Source of the DNA: a virus
Lineage: Duplodnaviria > Caudoviricetes
DNA: 58,155 nt
Virus record (IMG/VR): IMGVR_UViG_3300003690_000009
Coordinates: 1-58,155 of that record
Reading direction: 5' to 3' (one strand)
Below, piece after piece: positions 33,901 through 43,805 of the stretch. Position 1 is the stretch's first letter. Each line of letters begins with the position of its first letter. Made by a program: the position numbers and the translations under genes. The notes beneath the pieces are model-generated. The model saw only the letters and a program-made list of their open reading frames with translations, ran no database searches and was not told where the DNA came from.

Positions 33901-36900
33901 ACACCTTGTTCAGTTTCTCCCTGAAGTCTGCTGGCAGATCCTCTGGAGACTCCGCCATCATCCACAAGAGTTCCAGCCGATCGATCGCCCGACGCTGCTG
34001 TCCCTCAAGACTGATATTGCGCGCGGCGATCGTCATGTCTCTGACTTCACCCTCTGCAATTTCAAACTCCTCTTCAGCCGCGACCAATCTCGTGCGTGCC
34101 GCTGCGAAGCGCTGTCGAATGCGCGCTTTCTGTTCCGTGTTTAATTCCCCTCGCACCATCTCCGAAACAGGCTTGCCAGGGAGTGGGCGCCTTACCGTCT
34201 CCACGTCCCCGTCCGGAAGTTCAGTGAGACGACCGAACCAGTCTCCAGCTAATTCAAACGCGATGTCGCTCAACTCGTCTGAAGTCGGGTCGACGATCAG
34301 CGTGTCTTCTGGAACCGTCCAGGTCTCTTGAAACGGCACACCCCCACGAATACCGGGCTCCACCTCCGTGACAACGTAGCTCTGCTGGGCCGGGTCATAC
34401 GCAACTGTGTATTTTGCTGTCGCTGTCGTATCTCTCTGGTAACCAAAGTCGCCCGGCACGAGCGCGCTGCCCATTTCATCGGGGAAGGCCGCCTCTGCGG
34501 CTTCCTCGCCAAAAATGGGACCGGCTGCTAATACATCCAGGGCGGCTGCATGTTCCTCCACCAAGCGCTCCCTCTCCACCTTGAGTCTCCGCTTGATCTC
34601 CTTTGTGCGGACCTTGCGCGCGTCCTCATGCCAGTCCGATTGTATTTCCTCGACAAACAACACGGTGCGCCCGTCGCGGGTTTTGCGAATGTTGAAGCGT
34701 ATGAATGCGATGACGTTCTTGGTTCCGGGGTAATGAAAATCTTCCACGAAGTCTGTAGCCCCTGGTGCCTTCAGGCGGCTCGGCAACACCAGCAGCACGT
34801 TGCGATACTGCTCCCCACTCGCCGGAGTGTCTGTCTCAAGCCCTGACAGCGTATACTGGCGCCACTTCGCTGGCTTGCCGCGAGGCACCTTCCGTTGCAT
34901 CTCTTCTTGCACATACGTCGCAGCCTGTTCCTTGCTTTCAAAGGTCGTACCTCCTCTGCCGATGCCTGCGCTTGGAAATTCAGCGATCCAGTAATCATGC
35001 TTCGTCAAGCTCGCTATCTGGCGATCGGTGAGGTCCGTCACGTCTTGGTCGAGAAGACTGCGCTGGACTTTCGTGAACGGGACGTTCCCTCGCGTCAGCC
35101 TGACCTTTCCTGTGACCGTCTGCCGTCCCGGCCCTGCCGCCATGCGAGGATCGTCTCTTCGGTATACCCCTCCACCAGGTCTCGGGACCGGGGCATCTGC
35201 GGTGATGGTCACATCAGATTCGTCCGTCAGCGCGCGCCACGTATCATATTGACGTTGCGTGAGAGGGATTACTTGGTCCGGCTGGGCCAGATCCAACGCA
35301 CGCTGCCCAACGAGCTTGGTCTCCTTGAATTCCAGCGTCTCGGACGGTGCGCCATAGATGTCTTCCTCCACTTCCAGGGCGTGCGACCGGAGGTAATCCA
35401 GAACCTCGTTTTTCGTCACCGTTCCTTGGCGCTGTCCCCTCAACCACTGCACCACGCCGCTCCATTTCATATCCTCCTTGGAGAGAGCGCTTTTTTCAAA
35501 CGTCCTGATCAAGGACTCAATGTTAGGTATTGGAGCCATTCCGCTCCCACGCGCCACCTCAACCAGCTTCTTGTAGAACGGAGGCGACCCCGTCAAGGTC
35601 TTCTGCACGATCGTGGCAGCCCCGGCCTTGGCGGCCTTATACATCTCCACAAGGTAGTCCGACACCCGCTCGCCAAACTCCCCCTCCATCACCTTCGTGA
35701 ATCTCTTGAAGCCCATCTCCCTGCCCCTGAGCGCGGCGATGCGGATTTTCAGCGTCGCCAACTCCGTGACGGCAAGAATGTCTCTGGGGTCCAACCCCGT
35801 CCTGACGATATTGGGATCGAGAACACGGCCCGGCTGCCGCATTCTTTCCGTGACAGCTGATTCAAGACGAATCAGCATATCCAGAAGAATCTTGAATTGG
35901 GGCTCAGAAGGTGGGGGTCGTACGCTTACTCGTCGTCGTCCGCGAACACTTCTTCCATCGTCTGCGGCATCGGGCCTGGGAGGCCCATCGGTATCTGGTC
36001 GAGGTCGTCCCCGTTCGGGGGCACGCTGAACTCGTCCTCTGTCGCGAGCAGCCGCCGCACGTACTGCGCGTTGGTCACCACCTCTCCGGGCGCCTTGAGC
36101 CCAAATGGGAGTGGAAAATCCTTCTGAGGCTTCAAAGATGTCTTTGTAGAGGGCATTGCGACTGATCCTACCACGCGCATACCGCAGCCACAAGTGGCCT
36201 GTTTTCTTCACCAATCCGGCCTTCTTCTGGGGCGTCGTGAAGAGCGACCGTGCCGCCTCCCAAACCACCGACTGCACCTCACGAGGCAGCACCGGGTCCG
36301 CTGCCGTGCTGAGTGCTTCTGCCGCACGGAAGTACGCCTCGGCTACCACCGCATTCACACCCACCAATCCAGCCGAATCACTGCTTGGAGCCCCCTTCCC
36401 TTTCCCAAACGCCCACGTCACTTCCGGGTCGCTTATCCCAAAAGCTTGCATGAAGGCAGCGGCCACAGCGTGCGTATCAATCGTCACCGCGTTGGGATTG
36501 GAGGGATCGAAAATGTTATTCGCGAAGGACCGCACCTTCGGCGTCTCCCCTAGCTGTTCATTGATATTGGAGTCGCTACCGTCTTCAATGATAGAGAGCG
36601 CACGGGCCAGCGGTCCGTACGCAGCTGGCTTGAGACCCAATAGCTCCCCGGCCCCAAGGCCAGCCTTCGTATCAGCGTGAGCGAGTTCGTCACCATACAC
36701 ACCAGGAACCACGTTCCCGCTTGGACCGTACGAAGGGAAGTGAATCGGATACTTCGTGGGATTCAGTTCCATCACCGCACGGCCCATCTTCGCTCGTCCT
36801 AGTTGTGGAAGCTCACTCCACCGTTTCCCCTCCAGGGCTGCATCTTCATCGAATATTCCTTGGCGAATAGCACGATATTTCCGAAGTGTCGTCTCAGACA

Positions 36901-39900
36901 CACCTTTCGCCCTGTCGCTCTTCACCCGCTCTTTCGTCGCCTTAATAAATGTCTCCCTGTAATGAGCAAAAAGTTTCGGCGTGAACCGCTTCGATGGCGT
37001 TTTGTTCAGACTGAGCACGACATCAATCCAATACCGGGCCATCGCGAGATTTGAGTTCCATTCACCTTTCGGAGACGTCAGCGCAATGACGGCGGCGACC
37101 TGTTCCATCGCGAGACCGGTTTCCTTCGCCAGTTCCTTTGCGTGTGTATGCGCCGAGTCATACCACTGCCGTGCCTGCTTCCTCAATGTCGTATCAAATG
37201 ACTTCCACAAATGAATAATGTTCCGGGTCATCGACTCGACGTATGCGTTCAAGACCTCCTCGTCAGACTTGCCCTCCAAAGAAGCCCTTTTCTTGTCCGT
37301 CAGCAGAGACGTTGTCTTAAATAGCTTGGCTGCCCTCTCGGCAAAGCTCCCACCCACGTTCGGTTTGGGCGCGGCCAGGGCCGCTGCGAGGTTTGCCACC
37401 AACGGCTTCGGCTCCGGCGCGCGGCCCACCTTGATGTATGAGGGCATCCGCACCGACACATGCAAGAGCCCCTTCACACGCTCGTAGGGCGACAATTTAG
37501 CGAGTTCAATCTGCCCCAGGTCGACGACTTCTCGCAGGGTCTCTATTGACACACCAATCCGTGCCACCGCCTCACGACTAAACCCGAGTGCATCTTTGAG
37601 GAGGTCGCGAGACTTCAGCCAGATACGATTCCACTGCTTCGTGGTCAGGATATACTTCGTCTCCGCCGCCATCTCCTGAATCCACGTAGACTGCGTCACC
37701 CCCAGAGCAATCTTGTTCGCCCCCATTTCCACCATGATCGCCAGCTGCTCACCGCCTGGGAAGACCGACATAGACGGCCTCCCTGGTTTCACGCTGGCGG
37801 CGAGCCTCTGTCTTAGCTTGGCTTGGTATTTACGGAGCTTGGCCGTGGCCTTCTTAAAACTCTCACGTTCAGATTCCTTTCTAGCCTGGAGAGAGGGGAA
37901 GATCAGATCGCGCTCTTTGAAGTCGTCGTCGCGAACAATGGCGTCACCCTCTAGATCTGCCTTCTCTGCCGCCTCTCGCTTCTGCTCGCGCTGTTGCTCT
38001 GGGGTGAGAGGCCAGACGACCGCTTCAACGCCCTCCGTCCCCTCCCGCATACTGTCGATGAGCGCACGACCCGCATCCCGGCCATCATCAGCCAGCCACG
38101 CGCGCTCTTTATTCACTTGACGGGTAGGAAGGCCCGCCACCTCCTCTGATGCCACTTGAATGGCCGCTATCACAATCTTGCGCTGTACACTGTTCTGATT
38201 CGGCCCCAAATCACCAATGCGGAGATACCGGTCCACCGCTGATGCAAGGTCTCCGGCCGAGTATGGGGTTGTGTTGCCGGTCCGAGCTTGATGGGCATCG
38301 TTGATGTCCCAGTACACCGACGCTGCCGTCTGCGCCGGAATGATGATCGGCTGGCCGGTTTCGTCTAAAATAGGCTCCCCTCTTAAAGTTTCGCCCGTCG
38401 CGTCCCTGGCAATATTAAGGCTCTCGTGTTGGAACTGATCCAATTCACCCACCATGCGCGCCAGTTCAACCGCGACCGGCGTTGGTATTGGATCGAAAGC
38501 TGGCCCGACACCTTCTTTCCTCTCAGTCTGTGCAGTCTCCTCCTCACTCGCCAGACGCGCGGCCGTGTCCTCCCGTTCCGCTTCGGTCGCAGCAGCCTGG
38601 GTCGCCGCCTCCTCGTCAGTAACTTCAGGCGTGACAGGTTCGACAGGTGCTTTAGTCTCAGGAGTAGCAGGCTTGGCAGCAGGCTTGGCAGCAGGCTTGG
38701 CAGCAGGCTTGGCAACAGGCTTGGCAGCGGGCTTGGCAGCGGGCTTGGCAGGGTCAGCGAATAGTCCTGCCCACAAGCCGCCCTCGACTACCGGATACTG
38801 ACGCACGCCATCAACAGTCTCTCCCTGCTCAAAGATGCGGCCCTTGAGTTCCCCGGCCCGATCCCAAATCATATCGTCGGTCTCGCCTGGAAACTGCGTC
38901 CTCAAGAGGTTCATTCTGGGGCGGTACGTCGAGGTGGCAGGGGCGTCAGCGGCGCGGTCATAGCGAACGGAATAGAGAAGTCTATCTAAATCAGAAGCCC
39001 AGGCAATCTGGATGCCCCCTGAGAACTTGGGATCGGGACTCCCTAACTCTTGAGGTATTGTGAATGTAGTGGGGTCTGGTGGGACAGCGGGCTCAGGAGC
39101 AGCAGGCTCAGGAGCAGCAGGCTCAGGAGCAGCGGGCTCAGGGGTAGTGGGTTCAGGGGTGGCTCCAGGCTCAGACTGCCGCTCTATCACCTCAATGTCT
39201 CGGACCTCGACCTGTGTGGGATCGATAACAATCTCACCCTCTCCTGGATGCCCACGCATCACCACATACCCAGGTCGAACCCTGAATCGCACCACAACGC
39301 GCGGACCAGCATCGACGCCTTCGCGTTGTGTCATCGCTGCCAGGTTTGTCCAATTACGGGCCAGCGATTCTGAGGTGGTCACACCAATCGGATTTTGCTC
39401 ATCCACCCAGGTGTCAAATCGTTCCTGACTCATATTCCTGTAGGCCGTAAACTCATCCCCATGCTCACGACGCACTTCATCCTCAACCTCTTGCCGATAC
39501 TCCTCATAGCCAGGAACCTTCTGAACGGCAAGTGCGGCATTGGGATCTCCAAAATCTCCAACGCCCCCCACCCACGTCTCTTCAAGGGTCTCAAAATCCT
39601 CACGATGGATAGCTCTCTCAGGGGCAGCGGGCTCAGGGGTAGTGGGCTCAGGAGCAGCGGGTTCAGGAGCAGCCTCGGTAACGGGTGGTCTGGAGGGAGG
39701 ATACCCACCTTCCTTCAGGAGGTCGTCCAGAGAATCGACAAGGTCTCTGGTCTTATTGCGGTCATCCCAAACACCTTCCTCTTTGAAACGCTCGATCTGA
39801 TCTTCCAGTCGAACAATTTCAGGGGCTCGCTCTTCAGTCTCAGGGGCAGCGGGCTCAGGGGTAGTGGGCTCTTCATCCAGGGGACGCGCGCCTGCTTCTT

Positions 39901-41971
39901 CTTCAGCGGCGGCGGCGTCACGGAGCGCTTTACGCACCTCTCTGATGGCATCTACACGAATCTCACCCCTCCTCTGTGTCGCACGTTCCACCAGGGCCGC
40001 ATCAATACCAAGTTCTCGGGCCTGCTCAACCTCTTGCACTCTCAGGGCGCCGGAAGGCTCTGGTGGTCCCCCCCGCGTCAAGTCTTGCGCCTGGCGATTG
40101 AGCAGATCGAATTCAGAAAGAGGGGGATCTGGTGGCGCACCTGAGATCGCACGGGAAACAAGCTGTCCCCCGGCCCCCATGAAAAACCCAGCAAAGACGC
40201 CCATGACAATCGCCTCGTCAACGCCCTCCCACAACGGCTTGCCAGTCGCGTGGTTCGTGGCGACCTGCTCCTGAACGCTCTGGGGAAACTCCTCCATAAC
40301 GCCTTCCTGCCACCCGCCTGCGATAAGCGCGACGACAAGGTTGCGGCGGGCTCTCGGGTTCGCCACGGCACCAGCCATCATCGTTTCAACATCCGCAATC
40401 CCGAGTCTCCTGGCGAGTCTGGCACCAAGTACGCCAATGCCACCGGTCGCGATACCGGAGGCTCCGGCGATCGCGGCCTGGGCGGGGTCGAGCGTGCCGG
40501 ACTCCTGACGAATCGCCTCCGCCGTGGAGCCGCCCGACATAATCCCCTCCCCCGCCGCTCCGGCCCACGCCGGACGTAGCCATTTGGCCACAGCCAGGGC
40601 GCGTCCAATGACGCCACCGACAATCATGGGTGGCAGTGACTCCAAGACGGTGTGCCAGACGATGCTAGGATTGGTCAGCGCGACCGTGGCCTTCTCAACA
40701 ATGCCTTCCGCCTCCTCCAGTTTCTTGTTCTTATACTTGCGTTGATCCGAATAGAAGGTGTTGAGAGTCTCCTTCCAACCTCTGGGATCATACCCAACAC
40801 GCTCCAACTCCCCTCCGAGCGTCCGGCGGGGTTTGGGCGGCAACCCCTTCTCCTCACGCAAGCTCTCGTGAAGCTCCTGAACTTTACCGAGATCGGACAT
40901 AGCCAGGGACATACCAGCCCACCCTACTACGGACTCTGATATGCCGATCACACCCGTTAACGCCGACACGCCGTTATCTCTCACCCGCTCCAGGAACGTG
41001 GGCGCGACCACTGTCGCCTCTCCTATCTTCTCCTCCAGTTTTTCCAGGTCTCGTTCAATCGAGCGGACGAGGCGCCGCGCCGGTCCAGTTCTCTTCCCGG
41101 TCTGCTCCGCCTCCGCCGCCGCACGCCTTGCCTCTTCCAGATATTCGCGAGCCGATAACATGCGGTCACTCAACTCCGTTGCCCGACGAATCTGATCGTC
41201 CTCGACCTTGGAAGCCTCATCAGGGATGGGCTCTGGGGGAATAGGCTGATACCTCTCCTTGAATCGCAAACTCGACGCTCGCGCTTCCAAATCATCCAGA
41301 CGTTCACTGGGAGGCTGAATACGACCGGGCTCAACATAACCCGTGGGGAGCCCTCGACTCGGATCGAGATGTTCAGGAGGAGGCGCGAGAGAGTCGCTCC
41401 AGGTCGCCGCTTTCAGCAGCACGTCCCGGTCCATCGGAGCACCCAGCGGACCAATCACCTGATCGGAACCAGGCTCCAGCGGAGCGCCCAGCGGCCCAAT
41501 CACCTCGTCGGTGCCTCGCTCGCGATCCCGCGCAGCCTGACGCAGACGCTCCCTCGCAAACCCTGCATCCAACGTACGACGATCGAGGAGAGTGGTACCA
41601 CGGAACGGATTCAAATACCCCATACGTTCACGTTCTGGGGGAGGCTGTGGGGGAGGCCGTGGGGGAGGCCGTGGATCAAGCTGCCCCATGGTGGGGACTG
41701 GTTGGGCACTGACTGGCGCAGCTGGGGGTGAGACCAGAGGCTGAACAGGGGGCGTCGCGCGCGCGCGCTGTTCCTCTGCCTCAGTCGGAGCTTGCAGATT
41801 ACTCAGACGAGAGAGCCGGTTCCGCTCCTCCCGTTCGCGTTGACGCTCGCGCCAGAGGTCAGACGCCTCCCGCTCTCTGGATAGCTCGTAAAAACCCCTA
41901 CTGCTACGCAACCCACGAAGAATTCTGTCGCGGCTACTCTTCGGGATCTGGGGGAGGCGTCGTTGAGTCAT
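27923..41971 (-). CDS. Giant (4682 aa) polyvalent internal virion/ejection protein
   Basis: Last gene of the ejection cluster. Contains an LFVEEIQSDWH domain, a HEIGH zincin motif, an ARQWY..AAVIALTSP..KVRSFANNI..VTIDTHA domain, and PEPAA/KPAA linkers. Confidence 0.85.
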   Translation of the reverse strand: MTQRRLPQIPKSSRDRILRGLRSSRGFYELSREREASDLWRERQREREERNRLSRLSNLQAPTEAEEQRARATPPVQPLVSPPAAPVSAQPVPTMGQLDPRPPPRPPPQPPPERERMGYLNPFRGTTLLDRRTLDAGFARERLRQAARDRERGTDEVIGPLGAPLEPGSDQVIGPLGAPMDRDVLLKAATWSDSLAPPPEHLDPSRGLPTGYVEPGRIQPPSERLDDLEARASSLRFKERYQPIPPEPIPDEASKVEDDQIRRATELSDRMLSAREYLEEARRAAAEAEQTGKRTGPARRLVRSIERDLEKLEEKIGEATVVAPTFLERVRDNGVSALTGVIGISESVVGWAGMSLAMSDLGKVQELHESLREEKGLPPKPRRTLGGELERVGYDPRGWKETLNTFYSDQRKYKNKKLEEAEGIVEKATVALTNPSIVWHTVLESLPPMIVGGVIGRALAVAKWLRPAWAGAAGEGIMSGGSTAEAIRQESGTLDPAQAAIAGASGIATGGIGVLGARLARRLGIADVETMMAGAVANPRARRNLVVALIAGGWQEGVMEEFPQSVQEQVATNHATGKPLWEGVDEAIVMGVFAGFFMGAGGQLVSRAISGAPPDPPLSEFDLLNRQAQDLTRGGPPEPSGALRVQEVEQARELGIDAALVERATQRRGEIRVDAIREVRKALRDAAAAEEEAGARPLDEEPTTPEPAAPETEERAPEIVRLEDQIERFKEEGVWDDRNKTRDLVDSLDDLLKEGGYPPSRPPVTEAAPEPAAPEPTTPEPAAPERAIHREDFETLEETWVGGVGDFGDPNAALAVQKVPGYEEYRQEVEDEVRREHGDEFTAYRNMSQERFDTWVDEQNPIGVTTSESLARNWTNLAAMTQREGVDAGPRVVVRFRVRPGYVVMRGHPGEGEIVIDPTQVEVRDIEVIERQSEPGATPEPTTPEPAAPEPAAPEPAAPEPAVPPDPTTFTIPQELGSPDPKFSGGIQIAWASDLDRLLYSVRYDRAADAPATSTYRPRMNLLRTQFPGETDDMIWDRAGELKGRIFEQGETVDGVRQYPVVEGGLWAGLFADPAKPAAKPAAKPVAKPAAKPAAKPAAKPATPETKAPVEPVTPEVTDEEAATQAAATEAEREDTAARLASEEETAQTERKEGVGPAFDPIPTPVAVELARMVGELDQFQHESLNIARDATGETLRGEPILDETGQPIIIPAQTAASVYWDINDAHQARTGNTTPYSAGDLASAVDRYLRIGDLGPNQNSVQRKIVIAAIQVASEEVAGLPTRQVNKERAWLADDGRDAGRALIDSMREGTEGVEAVVWPLTPEQQREQKREAAEKADLEGDAIVRDDDFKERDLIFPSLQARKESERESFKKATAKLRKYQAKLRQRLAASVKPGRPSMSVFPGGEQLAIMVEMGANKIALGVTQSTWIQEMAAETKYILTTKQWNRIWLKSRDLLKDALGFSREAVARIGVSIETLREVVDLGQIELAKLSPYERVKGLLHVSVRMPSYIKVGRAPEPKPLVANLAAALAAPKPNVGGSFAERAAKLFKTTSLLTDKKRASLEGKSDEEVLNAYVESMTRNIIHLWKSFDTTLRKQARQWYDSAHTHAKELAKETGLAMEQVAAVIALTSPKGEWNSNLAMARYWIDVVLSLNKTPSKRFTPKLFAHYRETFIKATKERVKSDRAKGVSETTLRKYRAIRQGIFDEDAALEGKRWSELPQLGRAKMGRAVMELNPTKYPIHFPSYGPSGNVVPGVYGDELAHADTKAGLGAGELLGLKPAAYGPLARALSIIEDGSDSNINEQLGETPKVRSFANNIFDPSNPNAVTIDTHAVAAAFMQAFGISDPEVTWAFGKGKGAPSSDSAGLVGVNAVVAEAYFRAAEALSTAADPVLPREVQSVVWEAARSLFTTPQKKAGLVKKTGHLWLRYARGRISRNALYKDIFEASEGFSTPIWAQGARRGGDQRAVRAAAARDRGRVQRAPERGRPRPDTDGPPRPDAADDGRSVRGRRRVSVRPPPSEPQFKILLDMLIRLESAVTERMRQPGRVLDPNIVRTGLDPRDILAVTELATLKIRIAALRGREMGFKRFTKVMEGEFGERVSDYLVEMYKAAKAGAATIVQKTLTGSPPFYKKLVEVARGSGMAPIPNIESLIRTFEKSALSKEDMKWSGVVQWLRGQRQGTVTKNEVLDYLRSHALEVEEDIYGAPSETLEFKETKLVGQRALDLAQPDQVIPLTQRQYDTWRALTDESDVTITADAPVPRPGGGVYRRDDPRMAAGPGRQTVTGKVRLTRGNVPFTKVQRSLLDQDVTDLTDRQIASLTKHDYWIAEFPSAGIGRGGTTFESKEQAATYVQEEMQRKVPRGKPAKWRQYTLSGLETDTPASGEQYRNVLLVLPSRLKAPGATDFVEDFHYPGTKNVIAFIRFNIRKTRDGRTVLFVEEIQSDWHEDARKVRTKEIKRRLKVERERLVEEHAAALDVLAAGPIFGEEAAEAAFPDEMGSALVPGDFGYQRDTTATAKYTVAYDPAQQSYVVTEVEPGIRGGVPFQETWTVPEDTLIVDPTSDELSDIAFELAGDWFGRLTELPDGDVETVRRPLPGKPVSEMVRGELNTEQKARIRQRFAAARTRLVAAEEEFEIAEGEVRDMTIAARNISLEGQQRRAIDRLELLWMMAESPEDLPADFREKLNKVWLPDDASYVRIPESEEVTNVESLRQKIYDLPGAGLKVAVTKTGKQILWEFDHPLQERAYTQWVSEALTSELDTAIDQLTEFEEIAGVPTVPPPAPHPAHPPHAEYWIHPTGPIEERTAAQLTILLADDLRTYQDEAQVQGGARRALMSPSLEQLATTVTEVRGFRAQAAAKAIVRRRVQRELSRAIADDRVELADAPREFAADRVPDAPFKTSWAELGMRRMLHFAASEGVDAIAWTTGIQQVERWESRLREKFDRITWTKTPDGKIRVEGQRHPGAVSDVTGGSVWVGGERVLAEGPAAQLWETVATKKFSREMLPDAIGRAMANDVLTSKEETGFFEGKGIRIDKTGMAEFYDKMLVRLMNKFGKPWRSTVSDAEVMTKDVPSAWSEEYPTRGEPEPATWETVHSMPITPEMQESIIALGMPFLGTEKEGTGAKTLLGFFEAIEKEQTVKLKAKLKQLTGGTQITAGVDLSILSPIVTIGAVKIAKLVISGVHQSSELYSRWRDAMAKDLPGFMSQATANLKELFNLSLLRAIRTTPTLDVEGKRVSYSDVAQVADLAETTVEEQVKAFEDGGFEVVRDDPLLPGVEMPTEAAETKVAEAPFALTGEAATRTPVEPGLFEQMQEDAEETMAEAMKRLGDPTRLHALVDPTEAAKILLALTQWSVGYLGARFQETGKYLSESEFMQVLREEWGDLLEQLSDYENEIAALYKDALGKATMDRPSAGPAVSETQTLLDLAEAQRTGEDKRTGEEQRREMIQPLELPEMISLVRELLGRPDKEIIAIVKRLRGKAGTLGTFSPKRQRITLLADLFETGKEPGQAIELARVLAHEIGHVVDWLEEGQLSRGNLIGRLRKLKNHMKGTFVSQEGTIITNAELRKELIEFSAKWRPWPDNPSPAYKRYRNSAVELYADAISGILVNPGVFSTYAPKFYRQFFKELKAAPEIERAFFDIQALLGGIREDMLDAVNINIVRGYRRSFEVIMEASEAMAARVKAMQWDVWTWMRVAFVDNNAAMIDRIVKTMKRLGRHAVSEDFDIRHLLSARSYIGSITKAFSDEYFQPILTALVKSTLNDNRFGHHAWEVFGMALEFERMTEGDRGGIANPHGLSGARAQEQYDHMIETFRRGPDGEFIPMTKEEQVFLREQIQLLRTAVNTVTEKAHQAGLYSDEMYEQMMANPAYATFRVVEHMDKALDARVHHQVGTIQAVANPADSTMMKTLLVLQAVERQKIKSAGLRFLNKFFADEVKAAPISTVNGVPVPQPPTSPLDKVTWGLVKYYEKGKVKGVWVDLYVAQSLNNDSIGHQNAAIKILEKMNNTWFRPMFTTANLGFQGYNLIRDFFRFWKAMSHRGLRGGKRRSVSVFKAVRLYWGARTVGRVRAYGLPTEGRRRAFGLLKKGKPPTERQLAAFEELQGSYQGRILSATMANIGRGFEPGAGNIQDAEMERLLKQGGMLSPEPEKRSIIPRAIVGYANWVSSIGDFVETLPKAAAIHHFTVDRSIADLTEQERAFIRERVGSPDFLAGGTWKPLTNNLFLFSNAIIQGWRSDIKTMTESETRSGYLWKTARMTVLPKVMMMAATLGWWGKADDDDEEMWDKLKDAGFWGTVGATVGGVPGLIAGGIFGVAAGDMRPVDRYKKQLSDFMRSVPAYAKTNFFIIPMMRTDTGEVMHLRLPQDDTGRVIGAITWNMLRGGLMAGDIEVWKTVQAVAAYTSGQVPTAIPVFGFLADVTAVLKGENPYDPFRQRGVFSREEMLLQEGYGRWKRLKTLISYEFRQMGFGQIMSKARWFSKPSEGPDAPGVLQRIFEAPLAYNVLGRFVRFSSYGEEEATDREAQIANAPVVERRNRIRDEITVALKNVLETSLNQREGAIFNQLDEAISRLEEEAPDLFSDGMLAAQRNSMERALRERIALNTGEHQHFFRAFDSLARNSLKVGYLHRMVDAARKRGTEEEFDVFYRALQGTTLLSEDVMESFNRRRNEPFESIGRRSGDPQP

Positions 41972-43800
41972 TACGGTCTATTCCGATACGGCTCTTCAGA
42001 CTTCGCCACGCCTCGCTGGTGAAATCTCGCTCTGATGGCGGCTGCGTCAAACGGACTGAACAGATCCTCAAGATATTCATCTGTAAAACCCTCCATCACA
42101 ACCCAGATGTAGTCTTCAGGAATACGATAGAGATATCTATTCTTCAGGCTCCCCGAGCGCCCTTTGTTTTTAATGTCATCCTTCCAAGGAAAGTCTCCAA
42201 GCGAATCCAAAATCTCGTCGTCATCTATAGCGAGGTCAGAGATCACCCGCTTCATGTTATCCAACTCATCATTATTGGGCACTTGTGCCGCCCCAAAATG
42301 ATTTTCATCTATTACGTCCAGCAACTCCTGCGACTGATCCGCGTTATACCACCTGTCATCTTCCTCGACATCCGCACCCTCCAGATAGAACGCATCCAGC
42401 AACTCTGCTTCTGGGAGGTCGCTCATCTTAAGATCAGGAGTTTTCGTTTCCTTGTCGAGGTCATCTGCGCGCTGCTCCGCTTGTAATTCCTCAAGAATAG
42501 ACGCCCAGCGCGGGTTTACTGTGACCCATTTCTCCGTCGTGGGATTGTATCTATTGGGAGGAGGCATCGAATCATCAGACGCATATGTTCGATTGGTAAT
42601 AGCATTACGGCCCCGCCGCCATGCGAGCCTTGAACTGTACGACGATTGGTCACCGTCACCATCCCTACCATCCCCACCATCTCCATCGGTTGGCGCCCGA
42701 GCCGCTGCGGACCACTCCTCCCTGTGACGAATAATCGCGTTGTAACAATCCATGTCACCAGCCATCAAACAATTCAGCGCTCGCACCTCCGCCCCCGTCG
42801 TTTCTTCCTCTCCAAGCCGACGCTGCGCCATGCGCTCCAAGTCCTCCCACTTTTCTGGAGAGTACTCCAGGAACTCCGAATACTTATCTATTATTTGATC
42901 TGGAAACAGAGGCCGATTGTATGCACGCTTCTCATCCTCGTCCATCAGCCGATATTCTCGGCTTGTGACATCGCCAATGTCGCCTTTTGCTTTTATCCAA
43001 AAATCATCAAGTTGCTCCTGAGAATCAACGTCCCGCAACCCCAACAACATAGACTTTTCAGTGGCGTCGAGAAACTCAATCGCTAACTTAGGATCATCTG
43101 GTACCTTCGTTCCTCCGCCCCACGCCTTCATGGACTCGGCAAGCATATCTGCGCGAATCCCTTTCTCTATTTGTGTCCGTCCACGGTCCGCCGTCTCTGT
43201 CAGGACATCGGCATCATACATCTGCGGAAGCAACAAATTCACTGTCTCTGGAGGAATGCCCACTTCAATCAATGCATCTTTGAACCCTTGCACCTTCTTC
43301 TGATAGCTCTCCATCGGAGTGTTCGACCTCTCAATGGCGTCGAGGTCTCTCGTTATGCCCGCAAAAACACTGAGTTGGTTCGTTCTTTCCCTTGTATCAT
43401 TATCAAGTGCCTTCAGACGGTTCTCTTCTTTCCGTGCAGCCCACTCTTCGACAGCCCCTAACACATCAGCATCCGGCTGACCCATACCCCACTCTATGAC
43501 TGCTACAGGGTCATCGCCAAGCCTTCTCCGCTGCTCAAGCACGATATTGTTCACTTCGGTGGCGCGTTCACCGGCTTTAATCTCTTGTGCTACGCGCTGC
43601 CGCTGCGTTTCGTAATACTGATCCTGATTGGCTCGATACTGCTCCTCCAGCTGGCGAGTTTTTTCACGCTGGAAACCACCAATGGTCGCTTCCACCGCCT
43701 GCGGAGCCATCTGCCATTGGTCCGCGAGAGATTGCGCGCGCTGGGCACCGCCCTGAGCAATCAGGTTTGCCAGCTGTCCGACGTTCGATCGGTATGCCAT
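41971..43800 (-). CDS. DNA ejection/internal virion protein
   Basis: Helical and charged; sits in the P22 gp7-gp20-gp16-like position. Confidence 0.65.
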   Translation of the reverse strand: MAYRSNVGQLANLIAQGGAQRAQSLADQWQMAPQAVEATIGGFQREKTRQLEEQYRANQDQYYETQRQRVAQEIKAGERATEVNNIVLEQRRRLGDDPVAVIEWGMGQPDADVLGAVEEWAARKEENRLKALDNDTRERTNQLSVFAGITRDLDAIERSNTPMESYQKKVQGFKDALIEVGIPPETVNLLLPQMYDADVLTETADRGRTQIEKGIRADMLAESMKAWGGGTKVPDDPKLAIEFLDATEKSMLLGLRDVDSQEQLDDFWIKAKGDIGDVTSREYRLMDEDEKRAYNRPLFPDQIIDKYSEFLEYSPEKWEDLERMAQRRLGEEETTGAEVRALNCLMAGDMDCYNAIIRHREEWSAAARAPTDGDGGDGRDGDGDQSSYSSRLAWRRGRNAITNRTYASDDSMPPPNRYNPTTEKWVTVNPRWASILEELQAEQRADDLDKETKTPDLKMSDLPEAELLDAFYLEGADVEEDDRWYNADQSQELLDVIDENHFGAAQVPNNDELDNMKRVISDLAIDDDEILDSLGDFPWKDDIKNKGRSGSLKNRYLYRIPEDYIWVVMEGFTDEYLEDLFSPFDAAAIRARFHQRGVAKSEEPYRNRP

Positions 43801-43805
43801 GTCAG

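Noticed and set aside
38668-39870. Tandem DNA repeats in the giant gene
   Set aside because: They encode KPAA and PEPAA/PTT linkers and are ordinary coding repeats.
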